Assembly: GCF_000143415.4 (NCBI RefSeq)
Contig: NW_003314308.1
Location: forward strand, 757,769-821,768
Direction of reading: 5' to 3'
DNA from: Selaginella moellendorffii
Taxonomy: Eukaryota > Plantae > Lycopodiophyta
Length of the DNA: 64,000 nt
Made by a program: the position numbers and the translations under genes
In this document: in pieces, positions 50,502 through 62,234 of the stretch
How positions within the stretch are numbered: position 1 is the stretch's first letter
How the letters are laid out: each line of letters begins with the position of its first letter
The notes under the pieces: generated by a model
Database searches by the model: none
Told to the model about the DNA's origin: nothing
The model's input: the letters and a program-made list of their open reading frames with translations, nothing else

Positions 50502-51656
50502 TGTCGCGAATGTGACTTTGGGTATCAAAAGCTACCTGTCGGCCAGTCTTTACGGACACTTTTTCCTTACTGCCACGATGGCAGGAAGTCGATATTGCTG
50601 GACCCGTTATCAGTCTCCACCTAAGTTAGTTGAGAAATTGGTCTTCACGTGTGCACTTGACCAGATGAGCTTAAGGAAGGAATTCCTAAGTGTCTATTTA
50701 GTCAAGCATACTTGACCTGGTTAGAGAAACTCATTCGTTGACTTGCACTTGCTAGTGTTGGGAACCCCTACAATATTGAGCTTGGTCCTTCAATATTGCT
50801 AGATGATAGTTTACCGTGTCTACCAAACACCCTCACTATCATGCCTTTTATGTTAGTCTCATTTTGGTCCCAAATGCTATTTATGGAAAGTGTCTAGATT
50901 TGCTCATTTGGCATATCTATGGAATGTAGAGATTGTCCTGAACACAATGGTATTCACCCCGTGTCCAAATTTGCAATTTAACGCCATTCCATATTTAGTA
51001 AGTTTCAAGTTTGTCCTAGAGACTAACTCTTGATACTAAGGGAGGCTTGGGGTGAAAGCCCAAAGCATGTGTTCCTCAAAGAAGGAAGGGGAGGGGGGGG
51101 GGGGGGGGGGCACGTTGTGGGGGGTTCTAAATATATAGTAGGGATAGTGGGTAGGTCAGGCATGGCCGACCAACCTAAGGCATAATTTAGCTTCTGCTTG
51201 TGTGTCTGTCCTTGTTTTGCGTTTGGCTTGAGTTTAAGCCCAAGTTCCATTCCATGCTAGCTGGTGAAGTACCCATGTCCTTGTGTTAGGCCACTAGTAT
51301 GCTGAGATAACACTAAACTCTGTTTGGCTCCATTTTGCATGCTGGTCCTGGCAAAGGGATGTTGGTTGCTCTAGGACTGTTCCAAGTCACTCCGGGCTTC
51401 TGTCCCTTCGCTCCTTGGGATATATACTCGGGAGTTGCTCCGTGGTCCGGTTTCGTCACTCCTTGGCTCCATGCTTGAGAGTTTGGCACCATTCCTTCAT
51501 TCAGTGGCCCAAGGCCCTAAACTTTGGGTTTTGCACCACTGTCCTTTAGACACGTGGCATGTGTCACGTGGCATAAAGAGGGTTTAAGTTTCGCTTCGTG
51601 GTGTTATCCTATGGTAAATCACCATAGGATAAAGGGTCAAAACCACGTGCGCTACA
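50502..51656. mobile_element. Solo LTR, family B
   Basis: TGTCGC...GCTACA termini and 5-bp TSD GCATT. Empty site in copy 1 near 38847. Confidence 0.92.
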
Positions 51657-52335
51657 GCATTGAGGTGGCAGCAAAGGCATTGTTCACCATAAAAACTTCA
51701 CAAAAGTGTAAATGTTTTCTAGTGGTTGAGCTCAACACACACTAAGAGGTATCACATAAAGGTGCACAATCTTCAATGCCATTGGTGCATGACAACATCC
51801 ACCCACCCTTTAGGAAGAATTGGCACTGTCCAATCTGTCAATAAATCAAGTTGAAAACATTAGAGGGTGATCTTTTGATGCTTGACATATACTAGTTTGC
51901 AACTCTTCTTCCTTGACTCAGCTTCATAACCTCCTTGCTTGGGACTTTCTCTCAATGAAAACAGCTCAAAGCAGCCCTATGTACTTCCTTCAATGCCTGA
52001 AAGAATAGAGGGGCACATTCTCAGTCTATGACAAGTAGTAGCTAAAGTTGGACTTCAAGGCTGATCTCTTTGCCACCAAGGCCAATCATCATCAACACCA
52101 AATCTAGTTATTATCAACACTGCAGTACATAATCAAAAATGTCCAACATCCCAATAGGCACCACAATGACCATAATCTCTCTCTCTCTCTCCCCTTAGTA
52201 GCACTCAACAACAAAGCAAAGGAAGCTTTCAAGGGATCCAAGATGGTTTTAGGAATGATCTTTGAAGATCTATTAGGTTTTTGTAGTCAATTGGTATCCA
52301 AGCCCATCACAAAATAAATAAACACATCTAGCTAA

Positions 52336-52740
52336 GGGTATTTATAGGCAATAAACCCACATGCCCTAATGGTTGGTCATTAGAGTGTGCCATTGTTGTC
52401 TCTGCCTCTTTGGGCATCACCCTCAGATGCATATAAGAGTCTACATTCACCTCATCCAGGGCACAGGAGTGCAATTGCCCCAAATAAGAGTGCCACCTAC
52501 CTAAACCATTGCCAAAGAGGGTGAGAGGAGCTTTGCCACCTCACAGTAGTGCCCACAATCATGCACCACTAGCAAAGTAACACTATGGAGTGGAGGAGCA
52601 AAGAAGCACAACCATGGAGCAATCACCACTTCCACCAACAAGCCATGGAACCACACAGCCATAGAACACCACCACCTCCACCAACAAGCCATGGAACCAC
52701 ACAGCCATAGAACACCACCACCTCCACCAACAACCCACCC
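52336..52740 (+). pseudogene. Decayed paralog of the extensin-like gene (no Merlin insertion)
   Basis: Same TATA-like box and residual accacctccaccaacaagccatgg units. Confidence 0.7.
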
Positions 52741-53289
52741 AAACTGCTGAATGATAGCTATGCTAGCTAGATAAAATTGTATATAGTGTGCTCTAAGGAT
52801 CAATGTTGCATCAATTGTGATAAGGAAAAAAACCACAAGTAAAGAACAAAGTTTGCAACCAAGTGGCACTTACATCAGTGTGTTTTATTGTAGCTCACTT
52901 CTCCATATAGGGTTAAAATATAATCCTTGTACGACTTAAAACAACCACTTTTGGATAAATTTATTTAAGTAAAAATTGTTTTTGCAATAAAAAATTTCAT
53001 TTTATTCCTAATTGTTATCAAGTTCAAAAAATGAGTGATTATTGAGGGGGTTTTCCATTTCTTTGGTACATGTTATCATACTTTAACCCCATAGACAATT
53101 GTAATGTTGGTCTCAATTGAGCATCTCAAGAAAAAACAGAATCAACATGCATAGATAATTGAAGTACTTATGTTATACTAAACATTTCTATGTCTAAAAC
53201 AACCCTCAACATCATAAAATCCACCAAACAAGATAAGCTTATAAAGACCCTGTGCCAAGAAAGAGAAAATGATTAGAGATTACAGTGTC

Positions 53290-53690
53290 TTTTAGAAGAG
53301 CAATGCTTACCAATCTATGTGGGGAGCTTTTAGTTGAAGCTGCTCCCACACAGTTGTGTTGAGATCCAGTTTCCATAAATTCTACAAGAGGCCTCTCCTA
53401 TAAGTAGAAACGGACTCAGCTTTTATGGTGATCTCTATCAATACAATATCTAAAGTCTGGCATAACATCCAATCACCATAGCAAATAAAAAAGGAGAAGA
53501 GACAATCACAAACTTGCCATACACGATCAGCTCAGTGTCTTTGATGCCTAAAACGCAAAGAAAAGAATTCTCAAAGAACGTGAGCTTCCAGATTGAAGAT
53601 TTTTATCAAATTCTTATGCACGAAGCAATTGCATCATGGTGAAGGAGCTGCCACATTCTCATCTTTGCTCTTCCTAGAATTGAGCCTGAG
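53290..53690 (-). pseudogene. KLHDC4: KLHDC4-like fragment, duplicate of 41725-42130
   Basis: Essentially identical to the 41.7-42.1 kb copy. Confidence 0.7.
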
Positions 53691-54034
53691 AGCTTGCTTA
53701 CCAATATCGTCGTCGCAACGCTCACTCACCTTTCCCATTTCCCGGTTAGAATTTATGTGCTAATGGAAATTGGGAATTCCTGAACAGTGTTCCGTGTCAT
53801 TACAAGGATCGCAAAAACTGAGCCTCTGGCAAATGGGTTGCCATCATAAACTTTTCAGCGGAGATCTCCCTCATGAGAAATATATTTTTTTTAGCTGATC
53901 ATGTATCTTTTAAGATCTCATAGAATCCTGCGTCCGTACGAGAATCTAGACCAGGTATTTATAGGCACTAAAGCTTCATGACCTAAAAAAAAAGGTTTCT
54001 AGCGAGATTTTCTTCTCTCCGGTAAGCAAGAAAT

Positions 54035-56284
54035 ATGGCTAGCATCATCCGTCGGAGTGTGCCGCCGTCATCTCCGCCTCATCGGGCGCCGCCTCCAGCT
54101 GCGCACAGGAGCGTGCATCCGCCTCGTCCGGGGCACAGGAGCGTGACGCCGCCCAAAACGAGAGCGCCACCACCAGGTAGGAGCATGCCGCCGCCAAAAC
54201 CATCTCCAAGGAGGGCGAGAGGAGCTCCGCCACCTCACAGCAGCGCCCACAGTCAGGCACCTTCACCAGCACCGGCAGAGCAACACCATGGAGCAGCAAA
54301 GCAACACAGCCACGGAGGAGCACCACCTCCAAAGCAGGACAGCCATGGAGCACCACCATCTCCACCAACAAGCCATGGAGCAGCAAAGCAGCACCAGCAC
54401 AGTCCGCCACCTCCACCAGCAAGCCACGGAGCAGCCAAGCAGCACCAGCACAGTCCGCCACCTCCACCACCAGGCCACGGAGCAGCCAAGCAGCACCAGC
54501 ACAGTCCGCCACCTCCACCAGCAAGCCACGGAGCAGCAAAGCAGCACCAGCACAGTCCGCCACCTCCACCACCAGGCCACGGAGCAGCAAAGCAGCACCA
54601 GCACAGTCCCCCACCTCCACCAACAGGCCACGGAGCAGCAAAGCAGCACCAGCACAGTCCGCCACCTCCACCAGTAGGCCACGGAGCAGCAAAGCAGCAC
54701 CAGCACAGTCCGCCACCAACAAGCCACGGAGCAGCAAAGAAGCACCAGCACAGTCCGCCACCTCCACCAGCAAGCCACGGAGCAGCAAAGCAGCACCAGC
54801 ACAGTCCCCCACCTCCACCAGCAGGCCACGGAGCAGCAAAGCAGCACCAGCACAGTCCCCCACCTCCACCAGCAGGCCACGGAGCAGCAAAGCAGCACCA
54901 GCACAGTCCGCCACCTCCACCAGTAGGCCACGAAGCAGCAAAGCAGCACCAGCACAGTCCGCCACCTCCACCAACAAGCCATGGATCAAAGCAGCACAGC
55001 CACGGAGGAGGAGGAGCAAAGCAGCACCCACCTCCACCAGCAAAGCAGCATACAGGGCCACCACCTTCTTCCGGGACAATCACTTGGCGACCAAGGAGGT
55101 TTGGGCCGCCGCCACCTCCACCAGCAAAGGAGCATACAGGGCCTGGGACAACCACTTGGTGGCCAAGGCCCGCTCATGACACGATAACATGGCAACCAGG
55201 GTCGCCTGTCTTTCACACGTTTTCATCGCCGCCTCCGCCTGGCCCCTTGTCTATTGCTCCGCCTCTGGGGTCGTCATCATCAACAGCAGCAGCAGCAGCG
55301 GCAGCGTTTGCGACACCGGGGCTGCTTGCGGCAGGCATCGTCCTTTTCCTGCTTGCTATGGTGGCCATCGTCACTGGCATCTGGATACTCGTGAAGGGAA
55401 GAAGAAAGAAGGCGAATGACATCCTGGTGCGCTACGTCGGGAGCAGCCATCTTCCTGGCAGTGGCAGCAGCAGCAGCAGTCAGCGAGAGCATCTCGTTCC
55501 CTTGAGCAAGATTGAGGATGCAGAGCTCCGGGACAAGCTCGATTCTTTCGTTCAAGAGAGGAGCAAGCAGCAGCTTCGACCGTCGCAGCTGAATGCCAGC
55601 ACAAAGGTGGCCAGTCCTCCACTCGCGAGGCCTCCAAGGCGACTGCCACCTTCGGCTTTTCTCAAGATGAATCCAATCTATGGTGCTGCTACTGATTCGG
55701 TTGACGACCGCCTGACGCCGCCATTGGGACGAGATCCACCAGCAGCGATCCACGGAGTCGACGAGCGCAAGAAGGTGCCAAGAGCTTCTCTCCCAGAGGA
55801 TCCATTCTTGTCGAGTGCTGCTCGTCGGAGCGGCAATGATCGAAGAGCCCAGGAACAGGCTGTGGATCCAGTGTCTCGTCGTGGCACTGTGTTCGATCCT
55901 GGAGATGCTTTCGTTGTTCGGCTCGCAGCAGCAGCGGAGAAGCGAGCTGAGATGGAGAAGCACATGCAAAGGATCATCGAGTTTGGGATGAGGAGGCCCG
56001 GCAACAAGCACTCCCACTGGTAAGTCTTCATGCTTGAGAGATAGAACAAGTGACTAATGGAGCACTTTTAGGATCCGTGAGGTGGAGAATCTGGAGAAGC
56101 CCGTGGTTGAGAAGCCCGTGGTTGAGGCAAATCACTCGGCCAATTCTGGAGGTTCGCATTTGGCTGCTCGTGTACACGACTCAGATGCCAAGGTAAACAG
56201 TCTCCATGCCTCGAGTTAAAGTATAACTTCTGCTTGAACTAGCCTTCCACCTCGGAGGTTAAGCTTGAGCTCGACGGAGCTTAG
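54035..56284 (+). CDS. His/Pro-rich extensin-like single-pass membrane protein, copy 2
   Basis: Same as copy 1 outside the repeat. 34 aa (two units) shorter. Same introns, TAG at 56284. Confidence 0.85.
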
Positions 56285-57136
56285 AGCGAAAGGAGGTACG
56301 CTTTTCGGTCGTTTTGGACTGATGATACGCTTGAGGTTGCAGGCATAGAATGAAGATTCATGAAACAAATTACTTCGGTTTTTTTAAACCGCAACAGGCA
56401 AAGGCAGGTCCGTGGTATTCAATCAAAATTATAACAGATGGAGAAGTCTGGAGACATTTGAATTAGGAGAAGGCAATGAGACAACTGCTCTTCATTAAGA
56501 CAACAGAGAGACATTGAATTGGGAGATAATATTGCAAGTCTCAAACAAGGCAACGAGATAACTGCTCTTCATTAAGACAGCAGAGAGACATTGAATTAGG
56601 AAATTATGATTTGCAAATCTCAAACAAGGCAACGAGACAACAGCTCTTCACGAAGACAACAGAGAGACATTGAATTGGTTAGAATTTTCTTGTTCCTGTT
56701 TTTAAAAAATTTAAACTTTCGAAACGATTTTACAACATTTGTTATCGTAGACTGAGTAGTCAGCGTTAGTCCACACGTTCACATAATAGCAGATCAAATG
56801 CTTATTAGAACAGGGTTGAGTAGATTATCTCACTTAGTCCAAACAGTCACAACGAAAAGTAAACAGAGATCATTAGACCACACGTTCACAACGAAGGTAA
56901 TAAATAGCAGATCAAATGACACGATCGAGTAGATTAGCTCAGTAGATGCGTTGACCTGTAGTCAACGTTAGTCCAAACAGTAAAAAGTAAACAGAAATCG
57001 TAGCATCAGATCAATCACTTCAGTTGAACGAGCTCATTAGAACAGTAATGAGATAGCGTTGACTGATAGCGTTAGTCCACACGTTGACAACGAGCTTTAC
57101 CACGCAAGAGTCATAGCGTGGTAATGAATGGATCAA

Positions 57137-60100
57137 TCAATCCACCATGGATAATGGATTGGAGGGCTTGAAAGCGAGGCTACTCTCCGCCACCTTCTCT
57201 GCGAAAGAGTGCCTCAAACAAGCCGGGAGCTGCGCGCTTAGCTTGCCGCCCCCCATCTTGAGCTTGCCACTGCTGCTACTCTTGCTCACTCCTTGCGGCT
57301 TGGCATTGCTCGCGGGAGCCTGGGCTTTCCCCGTTTCCAAGACGCTAGCCTCGCTAGCTTTTTTCCGCTTCTTCGGATCCACCATCGCCTTTTCTTTCTC
57401 CTTCTCTTCTTCCTCCGGTTCCAGAGTCGTCGCAACCTCGTCAAGCTCCTCCACCCTCTCCTTCACCCTGTTCTTGACGTTGTCCTCGCCCTTGATCTTC
57501 TCCTCGACGTTGCTATCTTCCGGCTCCTTCAAGTGGAGAAGCTTGTGGCCGCCCGATCCCGTCCAGATGCCTATAGAGTCTTTGAGCTGCTCCAGGAAAG
57601 TTTCCAGCTTCTTGAAGCCACACCCCGCGTGATCCAGTGCGTAGCCGTAGTGCTGCTGGAAGTCCCCCTTGAGCCTCGCCAGAGGATAGCCGGACTTGCA
57701 GCTCGGGATGCTCTCGAGCAGCAAAGCTTTGCAGTCGGCTCTCATCTTGGCTGGGAAGTCGACAGCAGCACCCTTTGGTGATGGCTGCTGCCTCGCTGCT
57801 GCTGCTGCCTCCACAGGAGCCTGTGCCAGGCTTTCCCTCTCTCTCGAGGCCGTCGAGGAGGCTTTCTTTGTCGCGGAAGTGAGCACTATATCTCCCGACT
57901 GGAGATGCTCGAGCCTGACGATATCGGAGAACTGCTCTAACAACGTACTCGTACTAGAGAAGCCCAGCTCGCTGGCCTCGAGCTTCAGCTTACACTCGGC
58001 TTCGAATTCCTTGCAAACAGATGCCAGGTCACAGACACCCCTCCTGCCGATGAACAACGGCAGCCAGCCTCTTAGCCTGTGCATGATATCGCTCGTCCCT
58101 GGCGCCTTGTCCTTGTCTTTCTCCTTCTCCTTCGTCTTGACTTGCGTGACCACAGTCGTCCCGGGGGGATAAAGCTTGCAGAGACCAGGCCTGGGATACG
58201 ATATCTGGACCACGTCGGGGAACTTCTTCATGAGATCTAGCAACTTCGCATGGCCGAGAGCCTGGTGGTCGAGTGTCAAACCCCTCGCGGTCTTGAACTC
58301 CTGACGAACCAGCGATATGTCGTAGCCATCAACCGTAAGCACCGACGGCAGCCACGACTTGAGCTCCTTTACGACCGAAACCGGCGGCTCCTTGGCGATC
58401 TTGGCCGGGCTCTCGCAGTGCTGCTTTGCGACGCTCGCGACAGGAGCTACAACCTGGAGCTTGACTTCTGCCTGCTTCGTCACGTGTATAGCTGGTTCTT
58501 CCACGTATTTCTCCCGTTCTATCTGCGTCGGTCGACTTGGAGGCTCTGGAGGATGACGCTGGGCCCGGGCTGGTGGTGGTGGCCCTTCCAAAGTCACAGG
58601 AACAGGCTTGGCGAGCACGTCAAGCGTCGTTTCTTCCAGAACTTTGTTGACTACGTCAATGGCTGTCCTCTCGTAGTTCACCAGCTCTTCCGAGACCGCA
58701 GACTGATGCACCACATCCACTGCCTTCTCTTCGAGTACAGCAGTGCACGCAGGTCCTGCCATGGGGTTCCTGGAGATGGTGATCCCGAGAGGCGACCACG
58801 TTCGAGGATGTGGCTTTATCCATAGTCGAACGAGAATGGCTAATTGGATGACGTTGTAGATTTGTGCTAGACTCAAGTCCGTGAGCCTACCAACGCGATG
58901 TGCTCTGAGGATCAATGCTGCATCATACCTGAAAGTCGATTGAGACGAGTAAGAAAACCACTTGTTCAGCAAGGAGCGAAGACTTACTGGTTCGCGGCAT
59001 TGATGAAAACATGCACCCTTTCGCTGCAAAGATAGCTCCGGAAGTCGCTCCAGATATCAGCATCGTACTCCTGGCACAGATTCGGGTCGACGTAAGGCCA
59101 CAAATCGTAGCCAGCCGGCAGAAATATCTCCTCGGCGCCACCAACACCAGCGTTTTTAATCGCCAGCTCTCCCAGCTTCACGCCTTCTTCCAGCGCCCTC
59201 CGCAAGTTAAAGCCCAGCGCCTGCTTCTCCCCGTAGACAACACAGTTGTAGATGTTGGCCTCGGTCGGGAGCATCATCTCGACCTTGAGCGTGTCCAGCA
59301 CTCGCCTTATCAGCTCTCGACCGTAGTAGAAATCCTGCTCGCCACCAAAGTCCGGACCGCCAAACCACTGCGACCTCGCAGCTCCAAAACTCTCGGACGA
59401 TCTCCCGGAGAAGCACTGCGGCGACGAAGGCCACTGGAGAAACAGCGGCCGATTGATATCGTCCCTGGGAGCATACTGCTGCTGCAACGGTGGCGGCTGC
59501 CGCATCTCGGCCATCATCTGGTGCCCCGGAGACCGGTAGCCTGGAACCATGAAAGGTGGCCGAGCTATCGGCCCGACGGCGTTCTCCATTCTACCACCAC
59601 CATTGGGAGCGAGTGGCCTGGCACCGGGAGGAAGCCCGAAAGCCTTGACGTCCCTTGGAACTGATAAGTAGCTCACCTCGGCTCGAGCGAGGCGAGTCCA
59701 GTACCACACCGTCCGGGCCGAGTTAAGTAGCGACTCCGAGACGTGGACTCCCTCGGGCCGGACGAGAAGAACGTTGAATCGTTTCATCTGGAGCCTGTGG
59801 AGCAGCGGGGAGAAATCCTGGTCGCCGGAGATGAGCACCACATTCGCTGGAGGAGGATTGTCGCTCGTCCAGAATGCCATGTTCATCAGGATCGCCTTGT
59901 CGCTCGCTTCCTTCCTCCCTGGAAGGAGAGAAAAATTCGATCATCCAAAGTCCAGCTCAAAGGATGCATACTCTCTCGTGAGAAAGAAAAGCAAACAATC
60001 GCAGCTCAAGGAAGAAAGAAGAGATCAAGCGCGTCCCAAGAGCCCTTTGCTCGAATGGAGCTCATAGAGAGATTCTCTGGCTCAAGCATCCTGGAAGTTC

Positions 60101-60374
60101 TTAGGTCCGAGAGAAATGTTGGAAGAATTCTCACTAGGAACTCACCCGATGGGATGTGATTGAGGGAGATTCCTGTGCTGGTGAGCGCGTTCTGGACGTG
60201 CCGGGTGAGCTGGTACGTATCGCCGTAAGCCGAGATGGTGAGAGGGCCGAAGAAATTGAAGGCGTGGAGCACATTGCTGATGTTGCGCGCGATGTGGAAG
60301 GGATTCACATCCGCGGGCGGCCGGCAGTTCTCGATGTCCCACCACACCGATGTCTTGGCCACTGACGCCTCCAT
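57137..60374 (-). CDS. NYN (PIN-like) endoribonuclease with three C-terminal LOTUS/OST-HTH domains, MARF1/limkain-b1-like (3 exons)
   Basis: TSVWWDIENC, ISAYGD, KEASDKAILMNM, VVLISGDQDFS. A GT-AG intron at ~58930-58987 joins the two long ORFs (AANQ/YDAA). Three LOTUS-like repeats (LGHAKLLDLM, LGFSSTSTLL, CGFKKLETFL). Confidence 0.9.
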
Positions 60375-60473
60375 TCCTCCCAGATCGAGCTTACCGCGCG
60401 CACCAGCAACACACTAGCGGCCTCCAAGAACCCTAGAAATGCCCCAGGAACCCTAAAATTTCGGCGCCTTGGA
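60375..60473. promoter_or_regulatory. 99-bp divergent intergenic region (bidirectional promoter) with two telo-box-like motifs
   Basis: Start codons at 60374 (-) and 60474 (+). AACCCTAG at 60429 and AACCCTAA at 60449. Confidence 0.6.
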
Positions 60474-62126
60474 ATGGCTGGATCGAGCGATGGCGCCAGT
60501 CGCTGGATCGAGGCGAGCTCGCGTCTCAGCAGCAGCAGGCACAGTCTTGGATCGGCGAGGTGAGATCTAGCTTTTTTCTTGCGCTTTCTACGGTGGATGG
60601 ATTTCTCGTTCCAGACAGGCGCCACAGCTTGCATTCTTCGTCCTGGGAAAGTTCTTGAGGCTGCTGTCAGTGTACGCGCTGTTCAAGTTCCTCTCGGCGA
60701 GAAATGGGACCGAATCGATCGTCGTCTTCACGTTTGTGTGCTCGCTCGTCTCTGGAGCACTCTTTTTTATCTTCCAGAGGCCTTGGCATGGACGACCGCT
60801 CACAACTTCACAGGTTTGGGTCTCCACTTTCTTTCTTCCATTCTTTCTTCTTCTCTCGAGTGACTTCTTCGTGATGTTTGCTTTTTTCTTCCAGGATTCT
60901 TTCTTTCTCTTCATCTCTCGAGTGACTTGTTTGTGATCCTTGCGTCGCAGATTTATCTAACAGCATTGAATGGGGGAGTTCTCGCTCTTGCGCTTCTTCT
61001 CTGGGGGAAGAGCTTACAAGCTTGCGGTCCAGTGAGGTTTTCCACTTTGCTTCTTCTTGTTCTTCCATGATCTTCCATGATGTTTTCTTCCAGGACAGTG
61101 CTGGCCGAGTACACAGGCGCGATGCTTGGAGCGGCATCGACGCTTGTTCTTGGCCGAGGCGGCCATAAGTGGAAGAAGGTGACAAGGTAACACCACTTCT
61201 TACAGCGATCTCACCTTAGAAATCTCTCCAGGGTGGTGGACTAGCGGCAATGCTGGTTGCGTTTTACGTTCTTTTCAGAGGATGGACGATTGCGTCCTTG
61301 TCCCCGTTCTATATCCTTTACACAATCGAAGCCATGGATGGGATCATAACTTAACTCCTTCGCACCGGCTGGGAGCAGCGACAGTGACGAACAAGGCCGT
61401 GTTGGACTGGGCCCGATAAGCATGTCCATCGCCGCTGGTACTCTTTTCGCTCTACGAAGAATAGTAGCTCGGCGTGTTTCGATCAAGGCAAGCTTCTTTG
61501 CATGGAGTTTTGAGATGTGAAACTAATGCTACTCGTTCTTTTGCCCAGGCTACAATGAAGAAGCGGCTACATTCCATAACAGTCGCTGCCGCGACTTGCT
61601 TCCTTTTTCCATTCGCGATGCTTCAGCTGTCTTTGGGGGTCTGTATAAGTCTCGTTTGATCTTTTCTTTTTCTATATCATCCAGATCAATTCTTCTTAGC
61701 AGGAAACCTCCCCGACTACCGAAGCTCACGGATCACCAGCATGGGCCTACATGAGCACCATAGTGTTTGGGATGGTAGCTGGCTTTTACGTGGACAATTA
61801 CGCTGAAGAAAGGTAAGAAATTTTGAGATTCTCGCTGCTTGCTTCTAATCTCTTTAATCCAGGTTGCATATACTTGCAACGTCGTCGGAGCATCTTCTCG
61901 TCACATCCGTGTTGCTAATAGTTCTCGAGCTCGTTATTTACCAGATGGATTTCTCGCTCGTTGGATTCTTGATTTGCTCCTCGCTTCTGGGATTCGGTAT
62001 GCTTTTGTCTCGAGGAAAACATAACATTCTCTAAATTCCTCTCCTTGATCTTTCTCAGGTATATATGAATCCACTTCCTCGGAAAAGCTACCATCCGAGA
62101 TTGTATCAAGCACACCTCCAATGTGA
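60474..62126 (+). CDS. Conserved plant multi-pass membrane protein resembling the ZnT5 N-terminal region ('zinc transporter 5-like'), multi-exon
   Basis: Spliced translation FQRPWHGRPL, LWGKSLQACGPVRTVLAEYTGAMLG, ALRRIVARRVSIK, KKRLHSITVAAATCFLFP, FYVDNYAEERLH, DFSLVGFLIC. Requires one AT-AC and one GC-AG intron. Confidence 0.85.
61311..61365 (+). other. U12-type AT-AC intron (55 nt)
   Basis: 5' ATATCCTTT, branch-like ACTTAAC ending about 10 nt before the 3' end, terminal CAC. Removal restores the frame. Confidence 0.9.
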
Positions 62127-62234
62127 TCATAGCCAACGATTCTTTTCCATAGTTTCTTGTTAGCCACGTGGCATCTTGGTGGCAGCCACGTGGACGCCAA
62201 GTGGCATCCCCCTTGTTCTTTTTGAGAGAATGGA

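Larger units (their letters stand above)
47220..58133. repeat. Tandem segmental duplication, copy 2
   Basis: Collinear with 33612-46711. Lacks the insertions at 33844, 36651 and 39828 and has its own at 50502. Confidence 0.9.

Noticed and set aside
58930-59029. Apparent frameshift in the NYN-LOTUS gene
   Set aside because: Explained by a GT-AG intron that restores the frame.
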